The notes beneath the pieces are model-generated. The model worked only from the letters and a program-made list of their open reading frames with translations. It was not told the DNA's origin and made no database searches. This document shows positions 1-7,709 of a stretch of DNA of 37,009 bases, piece after piece (position 1 is the first letter of the stretch; every line of letters starts with the position of its first letter). Source of the stretch: an uncultured Caulobacteraceae bacterium (GTDB lineage Bacteria; Pseudomonadota; Alphaproteobacteria; Caulobacterales; Caulobacteraceae); assembly GCA_937952995.1 (NCBI GenBank), contig CALFYB010000445.1, forward strand, positions 1 to 37,009. Direction: 5' to 3'. The translations under genes and the position numbers were made by a program.

Positions 1-175
1 CAGTCCGAAATCTCCGCCCCCTAAATGGACTATCAAGAGTTCGGCCTCGGCGATCCAACGGGTGGCTCCTGCAAGTTGACCTTTGGTAAATAGGTCAATC
101 ATGCAGGATTTGAGGTCTATAGGTTTATACTCTATTGATTATAGTTTTCACTATACTCAAACCGAATGCCGACAA

Positions 176-892
176 TTACAGTAATTTAAACAATATTTCT
201 CCAACGCCTTCAATCCCAGCCTTTACCGGTTCATTCACTTGAATGGGGCCAACCCCCTCAGGTGTTCCGGTAAAGATCAGGTCTCCGGCCGCCAAGGTCC
301 AAAGCCGAGAGGCCTGTGCTATGGTTTCACCAATGGACCAGATCATGTCTTCAAGCTGGCCATCCTGTCTGGTCTGGCCGTCAACTGTCAGCCATATGTT
401 CCCTTCAGCCCGACCAATGCCCGATTGAGGCGAAGGACAGTTGGCTTTGCGGCGAATGGGACTGATCGGCGCTGAAAGATCAAACCCCTTGGCTGCGTCC
501 CAAGGCTGACCCTTGGCCTTAAAGCCATTTTGAAGATCCCGGCGCGTCAGGTCGACGCCAACGGCATAGCCATAGACGGCGGCAAGACCCTGTTCGGGTG
601 TTAGGTTTGAGCCGCCGCTTGAAAGGGCGGCGACCAGCTCGACCTCATGGTGCAGATCCGATGTGGCGGAAGGGTAGGGCAGGGTCACACATTGTCCCGG
701 CGGACAAATGACAATCGCATCCGCGGGTTTGGAAAAGAAAAACGGAAGATCGCGTTCGTCTGCTCCCATCTCTCGGGCATGGGCTGCATAGTTGCGGCCA
801 ACACATAGGATGCGCCGCACTGGAAAAAGCGCGGAGGTCCCTTCAACAGGAACGGCAGGACGAGCGGGCGGGGGGAATGCAAAGCTAGACAT
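176..892 (-). CDS. fumarylacetoacetate hydrolase (FAH) family protein
   Basis: 238-aa ORF. The blocks 'FPVRRILCVGRNYAAHAREMG', 'PFFFSKPADAIV' and C-terminal 'GDLIFTGTPEGVGP' are the conserved FAH-fold signatures, recognised by eye. Confidence 0.85.
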   Translation of the reverse strand: MSSFAFPPPARPAVPVEGTSALFPVRRILCVGRNYAAHAREMGADERDLPFFFSKPADAIVICPPGQCVTLPYPSATSDLHHEVELVAALSSGGSNLTPEQGLAAVYGYAVGVDLTRRDLQNGFKAKGQPWDAAKGFDLSAPISPIRRKANCPSPQSGIGRAEGNIWLTVDGQTRQDGQLEDMIWSIGETIAQASRLWTLAAGDLIFTGTPEGVGPIQVNEPVKAGIEGVGEILFKLL

Positions 893-1054
893 GGCCCCAA
901 ATTACGGACTTCTGCCGCCGGGTAAAGCCTCTACCGGTTCAGGTTACGCTTGTTTAACTTGATGCGACCGTCTCCCCGCGTAACGGTAAAACTTACGGTT
1001 GGCGCAGAAATCTCGACGGCGGCTAGTATCGTTACACCGATAGGATCTTTGACC

Positions 1055-1933
1055 ATGTTGATCATCGAGAATCTGAACCACATCTATCCCAACGGTGCCC
1101 ATGCCCTACGCGGCATCGATCTGGTCATTCCCAATGGCATGTTCGGCCTGCTGGGTCCCAATGGTGCGGGCAAGTCCACCCTCATGCGCACCATCGCGAC
1201 TTTGCAGACACCCACATCTGGTCATTTGCGGTTTGACGAGATCGATATCCTCGCCAACCCGGAGGCTCTGCGCCGCCAACTGGGATATCTGCCGCAGGAC
1301 TTTGGCGTTTATCCCCGCGTGTCGGCCTATGACATGCTTGACCATATGGCTGTTCTTAAGGGCGTGGCCCAAGCCGCCGCACGAAAGGAGACCGTTGAGG
1401 CGCTTCTCAACCAGGTCAATCTTTGGTCCGTACGCCACAAGGCACTGGCCGGTTTTTCCGGGGGTATGCGCCAGCGCTTTGGTATTGCTCAGGCCTTAAT
1501 CGGTAACCCTCGTCTGATCATTGTCGATGAGCCGACAGCGGGTCTCGATCCCGAAGAACGAAATCGGTTCCTGAACCTGCTGGCCGAGATCGGCGAAAAT
1601 ATCGTGGTGATCCTTTCGACCCACATCGTTGAGGATGTTGCCGATCTTTGCCCGTCGATGGCCATCTTGGCTGAAGGCCGGATCCTTAGCCAAGGTGCCC
1701 CGCTGGGGCTGATTGATAGTCTCAAGGGGCGCGTTTGGAAAAAGACCATCAACCGCCAAAATCTTGAGGCGGTTCGAAAGGACCATGAGGTCATCTCGAC
1801 CCGACTATTTGCCGGAGCGACGGTTGTTCACGTTCTCGCCGATCAGTGCCCGGATGAGGGGTTTGAACCGGTCTTGGGTGGGTTGGAGGATGTCTATTTC
1901 TCCGTCCTATCCGCATCGCGCCGCGTGGCTTGA
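1055..1933 (+). CDS. ABC transporter ATP-binding protein (ABC-2/DrrA-like)
   Basis: Walker A 'GLLGPNGAGKST', signature 'FSGGMRQR', Walker B 'LIIVDEPTAGLD'. I prefer ATG 1055 (MLIIENL...) to the track start at 950 because it places Walker A ~30 aa from the N-terminus. The stop lies 15 nt upstream of the permease gene. Confidence 0.9.
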   Translation: MLIIENLNHIYPNGAHALRGIDLVIPNGMFGLLGPNGAGKSTLMRTIATLQTPTSGHLRFDEIDILANPEALRRQLGYLPQDFGVYPRVSAYDMLDHMAVLKGVAQAAARKETVEALLNQVNLWSVRHKALAGFSGGMRQRFGIAQALIGNPRLIIVDEPTAGLDPEERNRFLNLLAEIGENIVVILSTHIVEDVADLCPSMAILAEGRILSQGAPLGLIDSLKGRVWKKTINRQNLEAVRKDHEVISTRLFAGATVVHVLADQCPDEGFEPVLGGLEDVYFSVLSASRRVA

Positions 1934-1948
1934 GCCGAGGTTTGATCG

Positions 1949-4900
1949 ATGTTTGGCAAGATTGCGGTCTTTGAATTTCGCTACCAGCTTAGGCAGCCGC
2001 TGTTCTGGGTGGTGTTCACATTCTTTTTCCTGTTGACCTTTGGCTCGGTGACAATCGACCAGATTCACATTGGGTCTGGGGGAAATGTGCATCGCAATTC
2101 CCCGTTTGCGATTGCCCAGACCCATCTGATCTTGTCCCTATTCTATATGTTCGTGACGGCGGCCTTTGTGGCCAATGTGGTCGTTCGTGATGACGAGACC
2201 GGATTTGGTCCAATCATCCGATCGACAAGGGTCACCAAAGCCAACTATTTGCTCGGCCGATTTAGCGGTGGCGTTGCCGCAGCTGCGGTGGCCTATCTGA
2301 GCGTCCCACTTGCATTCTTCCTTGGCTCATTAATGCCTTGGGTGGATGTGGAAACCTTAGGCCCCAATCGTTGGCAGGCCTATGGTTTTGCCTATGGGGT
2401 ACTGGCACTTCCCGCGCTTCTTTTAACCAGCGCCGTCTTCTTTTCTGTGGCGACCGTCACGCGCTCGATGATGGCGACCTATGTCGGTGTCGTGGCGTTC
2501 TTCGTCGTCTATCTGACGGCCACGATCTTGCTCGATAAGCCCCAGTTTGAGCATGGCACCGCCCTGTTCGAGCCCTTCGGATTGGCCGCCTATGGGCTTG
2601 CGACCAAATATTGGACGGCGGCAGATCGCAATCTCTTGACCCCCGCCCTCAGCGGAATTTTGATGTGGAACCGGCTGTTTAGCCTGGCCCTATCGGCAGG
2701 CTTTTTGGTCTTGGCCTATAGTCTGTTTCGGTTTGAAGCGCCCGCCGCGCGGCGGCCGAAAGGGGCGAAGGCCGAAGGGGCCAACGATCCGGCCCCTTTG
2801 CCCCGCAGTGGCCCTCTACCGTTCCCAAAATATGATGCCGAGTCGGGCTGGACGCTGCTTTTGGTTCGGACGCGTTTGGAACTACAGCAGGTCTTTTTAA
2901 GCCCCGCCTATATCGTGCTTTTGGCGTTAGGCGTTGTGAATGCCGGTACAGCCCTTTGGTTTGCCAATGACCTCTATGGTGGGACCATCTATCCGGTAAC
3001 CCGAGTGATGATTTCGACCCTGGAAGGTGCCTTCGGTATCATCCCAATCATTGTCTCGATCTATTATGCCGGTGAACTGGTCTGGCGCGAGCGTGACCGG
3101 CGGACCCACGAAATTATTGACGCCACACCGATCCCAGACTGGGCCTTTCTGGTCCCCAAGATCCTCGCCATAACCTTGGTGTTGATATCGACGCTGCTCG
3201 TTGGCGTCCTGACGGCTGTCACCTTGCAGGCGATCAAGGGATATTTCAGTTTTGAGATTGGGAAATATCTGCTGTGGCTGGTCGTTCCAGACGCGATAGG
3301 TTTTCTTCTGATCGCGATCCTCGCCGTCTTCTTGCAGACCCTTTCACCCCAGAAATTCGTCGGGTGGGGCCTGATGGTGATCTATCTGATCTCCAGACAG
3401 GTCATGACCAGTTTGGGCTGGGAGCATCTACTCTATCGCTATGGTGCGGCACCGTTTGTGCCCTTGTCCGACATGAACGGTCAGGGCCAGTTTTGGGTCG
3501 CGAATGCCTGGCTTCGTCTCTACTGGACCGCCTTTGCCCTCATTCTTTGCGTGCTGTCCTATGCCCTGTGGCGGCGCGGGGTGGATACAAGGCTGATGCC
3601 GAGGCTGCGGCGTCTTGGCGCGCGCTTGAAGGGGGGGGCGGCTATTGTTCTTGGCGTGGCCTTGACGGTCTTTGTCGCCACGGGAAGCTATGTCTTCATC
3701 AACACCAATATCTGGAACAGCTACCGTACCCATCTAGACGATGAGAAGTGGCAAGCCGCGTACGAAAAGGACCTGTTACCGTTTGAAAAGGTCGCACAAC
3801 CCCGGATCTTTGACGTGACCCTCGATGTCGATATCCATCCACGTCAGCATCGCTTGGTGACGAACGGCGTCTATCGGTTTGAGAACCGTACAAACCGGCC
3901 TCTGCGTGAAATGCATGTGCAGTTTAATCGCGACCTCCAAGTCGATGCGCTCGCCATCGAGGGTGCCCGGCCTAAAAAGACCTATGATCAATATAACTAT
4001 CGGATTTTCAGCTTCGACATACCGCTGCAACCGGGTGAGCAGCGTAGCCTGTCCTTCACGACCACCCTTGAGCAAAAGGGCTTTAAAAATAGTGGGGTTG
4101 AGACCCGCATTGTCGACAATGGCACCTTCATCAATGATCAGGAGATAGCGCCCGGCTTCGGCGTCAGCCGAGCGCCGCTTCTAACCGATCGCAGCAAACG
4201 CCGAAAATATGGTCTGCCTCCAGAGTTGCGGATGGCCAAGCTCGGCGATGCTGTGTCGCGGGGTTATCATTATCTGCGCCATGACTCTGATTGGGTCCAA
4301 GCTGATATCACCGTCACGACCGACGCTGACCAAACCCCAATCGCGCCGGGCTATAGGGTGTCGGAGAAGCTATCTCAGGGTCGGCGCACCGTTCGGTTCA
4401 AGACCGAGGCACCGATTTTACAATTTTTCTCGATCCAATCGGCGCGATACCAGATCAAGTCGCAAACCTACCGCGGCGTCGATCTCGCGATCTATTATGA
4501 TGCGCAACACCCGTGGAACATTGAGCGGATGATGCGGGCTATGACCCTGTCACTGGACTATTATCAGGCGCAATTTGGCTCCTATCAGTTTCGGCAGGCG
4601 CGGATTCTCGAATTTCCGGACTATGCCCAATTTGCGCAGTCCTTCGCCAACACCATTCCCTATTCCGAAGGCTTAGGGTTCATCGCCAACTATAAGGACC
4701 CCGAAAAGATCGATCTCGTCACCTATGTGACCGCCCACGAGTTGGCGCACCAGTGGTGGGCCCATCAGATCATTGGAGCGGATCAGCAGGGTTCGACCGT
4801 TTTGTCCGAGACCTTGGCGCAATATTCGGCGCTGATGGTCATGGAAAAACTCTATGGCCCGGACAAGATCCGCAAGTTCCTCAAATATGAACTCGACAAC

Positions 4901-5530
4901 TATCTGCGCAGTCGTGGCACAGAGGTCATTGAAGAACTGCCTTTGGTCCGCGTGGAAAACCAGCCCTATATCCACTACCGCAAGGGCGCTCTGGTCATGT
5001 ACCGCCTTAAGGATGAGATCGGTGAAGCCGCCATTAACCGGGCCCTTCGTGCACTTTTGGCAAAATATGCCTTTAAGGCCGCGCCCTATCCGACATCGCT
5101 TGACCTTGTCGCTGCGCTACGGGCTGAGGCCCCCTCAGACAAACAGGATCTGATCACCGATCTGTTTGAAAAGATCACCGTCTTCGACATCAAGACCACT
5201 AAGGCTGTTGCCACCAAGCGTAAGGATGGTCAGTACGATCTCACCCTTACGGTCGACGCCAAAAAGCTAAATGCCGATGGGCAGGGCAAGGAAACGGCTG
5301 TTCCAATGGCGGAAACGGTCGATGTCGGACTATTTGCCGTTAAACCTGAGGCGAAAGATTTTGATCGGTCGAAGATCATGGCATTCAAGGCCGTGCCTCT
5401 TCACGCTGGGGTCCAGACCCTCGTTCTGACTGTACCGACCTTGCCAAAATTTGCAGGCGTTGATCCCTATGCCAAGCTGATTGATCGAAACGCCGATGAC
5501 AATCTAATAGCGGTCAGCAGATCGAACTGA
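1949..5530 (+). CDS. ABC-2-type permease fused to an M1-family (gluzincin) metallopeptidase domain
   Basis: 1193-aa ORF. The N-terminal ~580 aa holds two blocks of ~6 hydrophobic helices plus a 13th helix ('AAIVLGVALTVFVATGSYVFI'). The C-terminal half carries the zinc motif 'HELAH' (nt 4736-4750) and a downstream Glu in 'VLSETLAQY' (nt 4808-4810), as in aminopeptidase-N-like enzymes. GAGG lies 8 nt before the ATG. Confidence 0.9.
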   Translation: MFGKIAVFEFRYQLRQPLFWVVFTFFFLLTFGSVTIDQIHIGSGGNVHRNSPFAIAQTHLILSLFYMFVTAAFVANVVVRDDETGFGPIIRSTRVTKANYLLGRFSGGVAAAAVAYLSVPLAFFLGSLMPWVDVETLGPNRWQAYGFAYGVLALPALLLTSAVFFSVATVTRSMMATYVGVVAFFVVYLTATILLDKPQFEHGTALFEPFGLAAYGLATKYWTAADRNLLTPALSGILMWNRLFSLALSAGFLVLAYSLFRFEAPAARRPKGAKAEGANDPAPLPRSGPLPFPKYDAESGWTLLLVRTRLELQQVFLSPAYIVLLALGVVNAGTALWFANDLYGGTIYPVTRVMISTLEGAFGIIPIIVSIYYAGELVWRERDRRTHEIIDATPIPDWAFLVPKILAITLVLISTLLVGVLTAVTLQAIKGYFSFEIGKYLLWLVVPDAIGFLLIAILAVFLQTLSPQKFVGWGLMVIYLISRQVMTSLGWEHLLYRYGAAPFVPLSDMNGQGQFWVANAWLRLYWTAFALILCVLSYALWRRGVDTRLMPRLRRLGARLKGGAAIVLGVALTVFVATGSYVFINTNIWNSYRTHLDDEKWQAAYEKDLLPFEKVAQPRIFDVTLDVDIHPRQHRLVTNGVYRFENRTNRPLREMHVQFNRDLQVDALAIEGARPKKTYDQYNYRIFSFDIPLQPGEQRSLSFTTTLEQKGFKNSGVETRIVDNGTFINDQEIAPGFGVSRAPLLTDRSKRRKYGLPPELRMAKLGDAVSRGYHYLRHDSDWVQADITVTTDADQTPIAPGYRVSEKLSQGRRTVRFKTEAPILQFFSIQSARYQIKSQTYRGVDLAIYYDAQHPWNIERMMRAMTLSLDYYQAQFGSYQFRQARILEFPDYAQFAQSFANTIPYSEGLGFIANYKDPEKIDLVTYVTAHELAHQWWAHQIIGADQQGSTVLSETLAQYSALMVMEKLYGPDKIRKFLKYELDNYLRSRGTEVIEELPLVRVENQPYIHYRKGALVMYRLKDEIGEAAINRALRALLAKYAFKAAPYPTSLDLVAALRAEAPSDKQDLITDLFEKITVFDIKTTKAVATKRKDGQYDLTLTVDAKKLNADGQGKETAVPMAETVDVGLFAVKPEAKDFDRSKIMAFKAVPLHAGVQTLVLTVPTLPKFAGVDPYAKLIDRNADDNLIAVSRSN

Positions 5531-5554
5531 TTTTGGAGAAACAATGCGCTATTT

Positions 5555-5583
5555 GCCGCAAGTGCCGGTGATCACTTGGCGGC
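5555..5583 (+). terminator. stem-loop downstream of the permease-peptidase gene (candidate intrinsic terminator without a clear U-tract)
   Basis: GCCGCAAGTG (5555-5564) pairs with CACTTGGCGGC (5573-5583). This gives a 10-bp stem with one bulged G and an 8-nt loop, 25 nt after the stop codon. No T-run follows, so the call is tentative. Confidence 0.35.
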
Positions 5584-5690
5584 ACCCTAGAAGAGGGCCT
5601 AAGCTCTGACTATATTTTTAGAGGATTGATGCACTCGATATTGGCATCCCGGCCCAGACCTTAGGCTTGGCCTTTTAAAGGAGGATCGAC

Positions 5691-6008
5691 ATGTCTACGG
5701 AACAGGACACCGCAATACCGCCAGTAGGACCAGCCAATGGTGCCGGTCACGCCGATGCTTCCAAAGGTCCTGTGGGCGAAGCCGCTTTGGCTGATCTCAT
5801 CAACCGGGTGGAAGCGGTGTTTCGCGAGGGGCTAAAGGCCCTTGGTACCCAGTCCAAGCCCTTGATCGATAATGCCGAAGAGCAATTCGAGGCGGCTCAA
5901 AAGGTTGTTTCTGATCAGGTTCGAAATCGCCCTCTGACAGCGACTGCGATGGCCCTGGGCGTTGGTGTCGTCATCGGCCTTCTTTTGAGCAGCGGACGGC
6001 GCAGATGA
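5691..6008 (+). CDS. DUF883/ElaB-YqjD-like tail-anchored membrane protein
   Basis: Strong SD (AGGAGG, 6-nt spacer). The 105-aa product has a soluble helical N-terminus and a single C-terminal anchor, 'LTATAMALGVGVVIGLLLSSGRRR'. This is the typical architecture of the ElaB/YqjD family. Confidence 0.7.
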   Translation: MSTEQDTAIPPVGPANGAGHADASKGPVGEAALADLINRVEAVFREGLKALGTQSKPLIDNAEEQFEAAQKVVSDQVRNRPLTATAMALGVGVVIGLLLSSGRRR

Positions 6009-6400
6009 TCCGAAAGACGGTCATACAGACCCTTACAACGGCGATAATTGTCGCCGTCAGCGCGGGCGTCAGCCTTGTGGCAGCCGCGTTCGGCCTATTT
6101 GTGCTGTTGCGGACCCTGTGGGGTGAGGCCATCGCCTGCGCCCTAGTCGCGGGTCTGTTTGCCTTGGTGGCGCTTATCGTCGCGCTCATAGCCAGCCGAC
6201 CTGCGCCGGCTGCAAAACGTCCGGTTCAGGCCCCGCCAGAGCCCGCGCCAATCTTGGCTACCCTGATGGCCGTTGTGCGGGAAAAGCCCTTGGTCAGTGC
6301 CGCCGTCGCGGCGGTCGCAGGGATCATCGCCGTGCGCAATCCTCAAATGGTTTCAAGTTTGATTGCGGCCTTTTTCGAGGACAGCGATCCTAAGGATTAG
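6005..6400 (+). CDS. small integral membrane protein, co-operonic with the DUF883-like gene
   Basis: ATGA start/stop overlap with the preceding gene. The 131-aa product has two to three long hydrophobic segments. The arrangement resembles yqjD-yqjE, but I cannot confirm sequence homology. Confidence 0.55.
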   Translation: MIRKTVIQTLTTAIIVAVSAGVSLVAAAFGLFVLLRTLWGEAIACALVAGLFALVALIVALIASRPAPAAKRPVQAPPEPAPILATLMAVVREKPLVSAAVAAVAGIIAVRNPQMVSSLIAAFFEDSDPKD

Positions 6401-6414
6401 CCTCTAGGCTTGCC

Positions 6415-7704
6415 CTAAAGCCGGTCACGGAGGGCATACCAGCTGAGGCCTGCCACCAAGGCGGGCCAACGCAAGAGTTTTCCGCCCGGAAAGGCTGGGG
6501 TGGGCAGGCGTGAGAGCAGATTAAGGCCTGACATCTCGCCCAGTGTTGCATCGGCTAATAGCTTGCCAAAATAGGGCGCAAGCATCACGCCTTGGCCACT
6601 ATAGCCTGCAGCCGTCACCACGCCGGGCGCAAGGGCTCTGACATAGGGCGTGCGGTTCATGGTGATGCCAAGGGTGCCGCCCCAAGCGTGGGTAATCGGC
6701 ACGGCGGCGAGACGCGGATAGACCTTCAGCATGTGTCGCCGGACAAATCCGCTCAGGTCAGCCGGAAACCAAGGCGAATAGTTCTCGCCGCCGCCGAACA
6801 ACAGACGCCCGTCAGGGGATTTGCGAAAATAGTTGATGACAAAACGGCTATCGGCCACTGCCGCGTCGCTGCGAATGATCTCATCTGCAAGCTCGCCCAA
6901 GGGGGCCGTGGCGAGGATGAAATTGTTGATCGGCATGACCCGGGCATCAATGGCGGGCGACAATCCATCAATATAGCCGTCACCGGTCAGGATCAGCTTT
7001 TGGCAGTTCACCGTGCCTTGCTGTGTGGTCACCTCCATACCTTGAGCCGTCTTGCGCCAAGACAGGGCCCGCGACCGCTCAAAAATCTGAGCGCCGCTAT
7101 CTATGGCGGCCCGCCCAAGACCGAGCGCGAAATTGAGCGGGTGAAGATGTCCCCCGCCTTCATCCACGGTTCCTCCAAAATAGACGTCGGTACCAAGCTC
7201 AAAGGCGAGTGCGTCCTGGTCGATCAGGCGGATCTGGTCGTAGCCATAGCGCTCGGCCATGTGGTCACGCCAAGCGCGGTCTTCGTCCTCGCCTTGCGGT
7301 CTGTGCCGCGCATGGATCATTTTGGGTTTCAGATCGCAGGCGATGGCATGTTTCGTGATCAGATCTCGCAGATGGGCCTTGGCATCTTCGGCTAGGGTCC
7401 AAAGGGCCATGGCATCATCTTGTCCAACCGTCTGCTCGAGCCAAGGCTGATCGCGTCTTTGACCGGTATGGATCTGGCCGCCATTGCGGCCCGAGGCCCC
7501 GGACCCGACCTGCGCCTCTTCCAAGACGATTGTGGACACGCCTTGCTCGGCCAAACGCAAGGCTGCGCCCAGCCCCGTATAGCCTGCGCCAATGATGCAG
7601 ACCTCGGTTTGATGATGGCCCCTTAAGGACGCTAGTTCCGGGAAGGGGTTGGCCGTTTGCGCGTACCAAGAGGTCGCCGGATGGCCTTCATTGCGCGCCG
7701 CCAT
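6415..7704 (-). CDS. FAD-dependent oxidoreductase (DAO family, gamma-glutamylputrescine-oxidase/PuuB-like)
   Basis: 'SWYAQTA' followed by the dinucleotide-binding motif 'VCIIGAGYTGLGAALRLAEQG' and 'GSGASGRNGGQ'. I chose the start at Met-14 (7704) so the gene does not overlap the upstream GS-like stop at 7710. Confidence 0.85.
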   Translation of the reverse strand: MAARNEGHPATSWYAQTANPFPELASLRGHHQTEVCIIGAGYTGLGAALRLAEQGVSTIVLEEAQVGSGASGRNGGQIHTGQRRDQPWLEQTVGQDDAMALWTLAEDAKAHLRDLITKHAIACDLKPKMIHARHRPQGEDEDRAWRDHMAERYGYDQIRLIDQDALAFELGTDVYFGGTVDEGGGHLHPLNFALGLGRAAIDSGAQIFERSRALSWRKTAQGMEVTTQQGTVNCQKLILTGDGYIDGLSPAIDARVMPINNFILATAPLGELADEIIRSDAAVADSRFVINYFRKSPDGRLLFGGGENYSPWFPADLSGFVRRHMLKVYPRLAAVPITHAWGGTLGITMNRTPYVRALAPGVVTAAGYSGQGVMLAPYFGKLLADATLGEMSGLNLLSRLPTPAFPGGKLLRWPALVAGLSWYALRDRL

Positions 7705-7709
7705 CGAGA

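Noticed and set aside
1-102. A 34-codon minus-strand ORF (MIDLFTKGQLAGATRWIAEAELLIVHLGGGDFGL...) starts at 102 and runs off the left edge. There are also plus-strand alternatives: the end of a frame '...QSEISAP*' and a 22-aa MDYQEFGLGDPTGGSCKLTFGK.
   Set aside because: It is too short to recognise and has no convincing SD. It uses several rare A/T-ending codons (cta, ata, tta) that are atypical for this genome. I cannot decide which strand, if any, is coding, so it is not reported as a feature.
121-175. An AT-rich stretch downstream of the FAH gene with two TATACTC copies (126-132 and 153-159).
   Set aside because: It is a short, low-complexity A/T sequence. Two 7-mers are not enough to call an operator or terminator, and no stem-loop is evident.
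950-1054. N-terminal extensions proposed by the ORF track: 950 for the ABC ATPase, 7743 for the oxidase, 11922 for ppc, 12818 for WYL, 22331 for MFS, 24569 for the second ATPase, 31319 for ATP-grasp and 33728 for the GT41-like gene.
   Set aside because: The extensions overlap upstream genes or add non-homologous leaders before conserved N-terminal motifs. Internal starts have better SD sequences or spacing. The start choices remain uncertain by a few codons.
6592-7395. Long antisense ORFs: 267 aa here, plus 13118-13744 (208 aa), 21844-22509 (221 aa), 17116-17580 (154 aa), 11340-11813 (157 aa) and 25231-25587 among others.
   Set aside because: All lie fully inside well-supported genes on the opposite strand. 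Their products are Arg/Gly/Pro-rich and low-complexity. They are typical shadow ORFs of GC-rich coding DNA.
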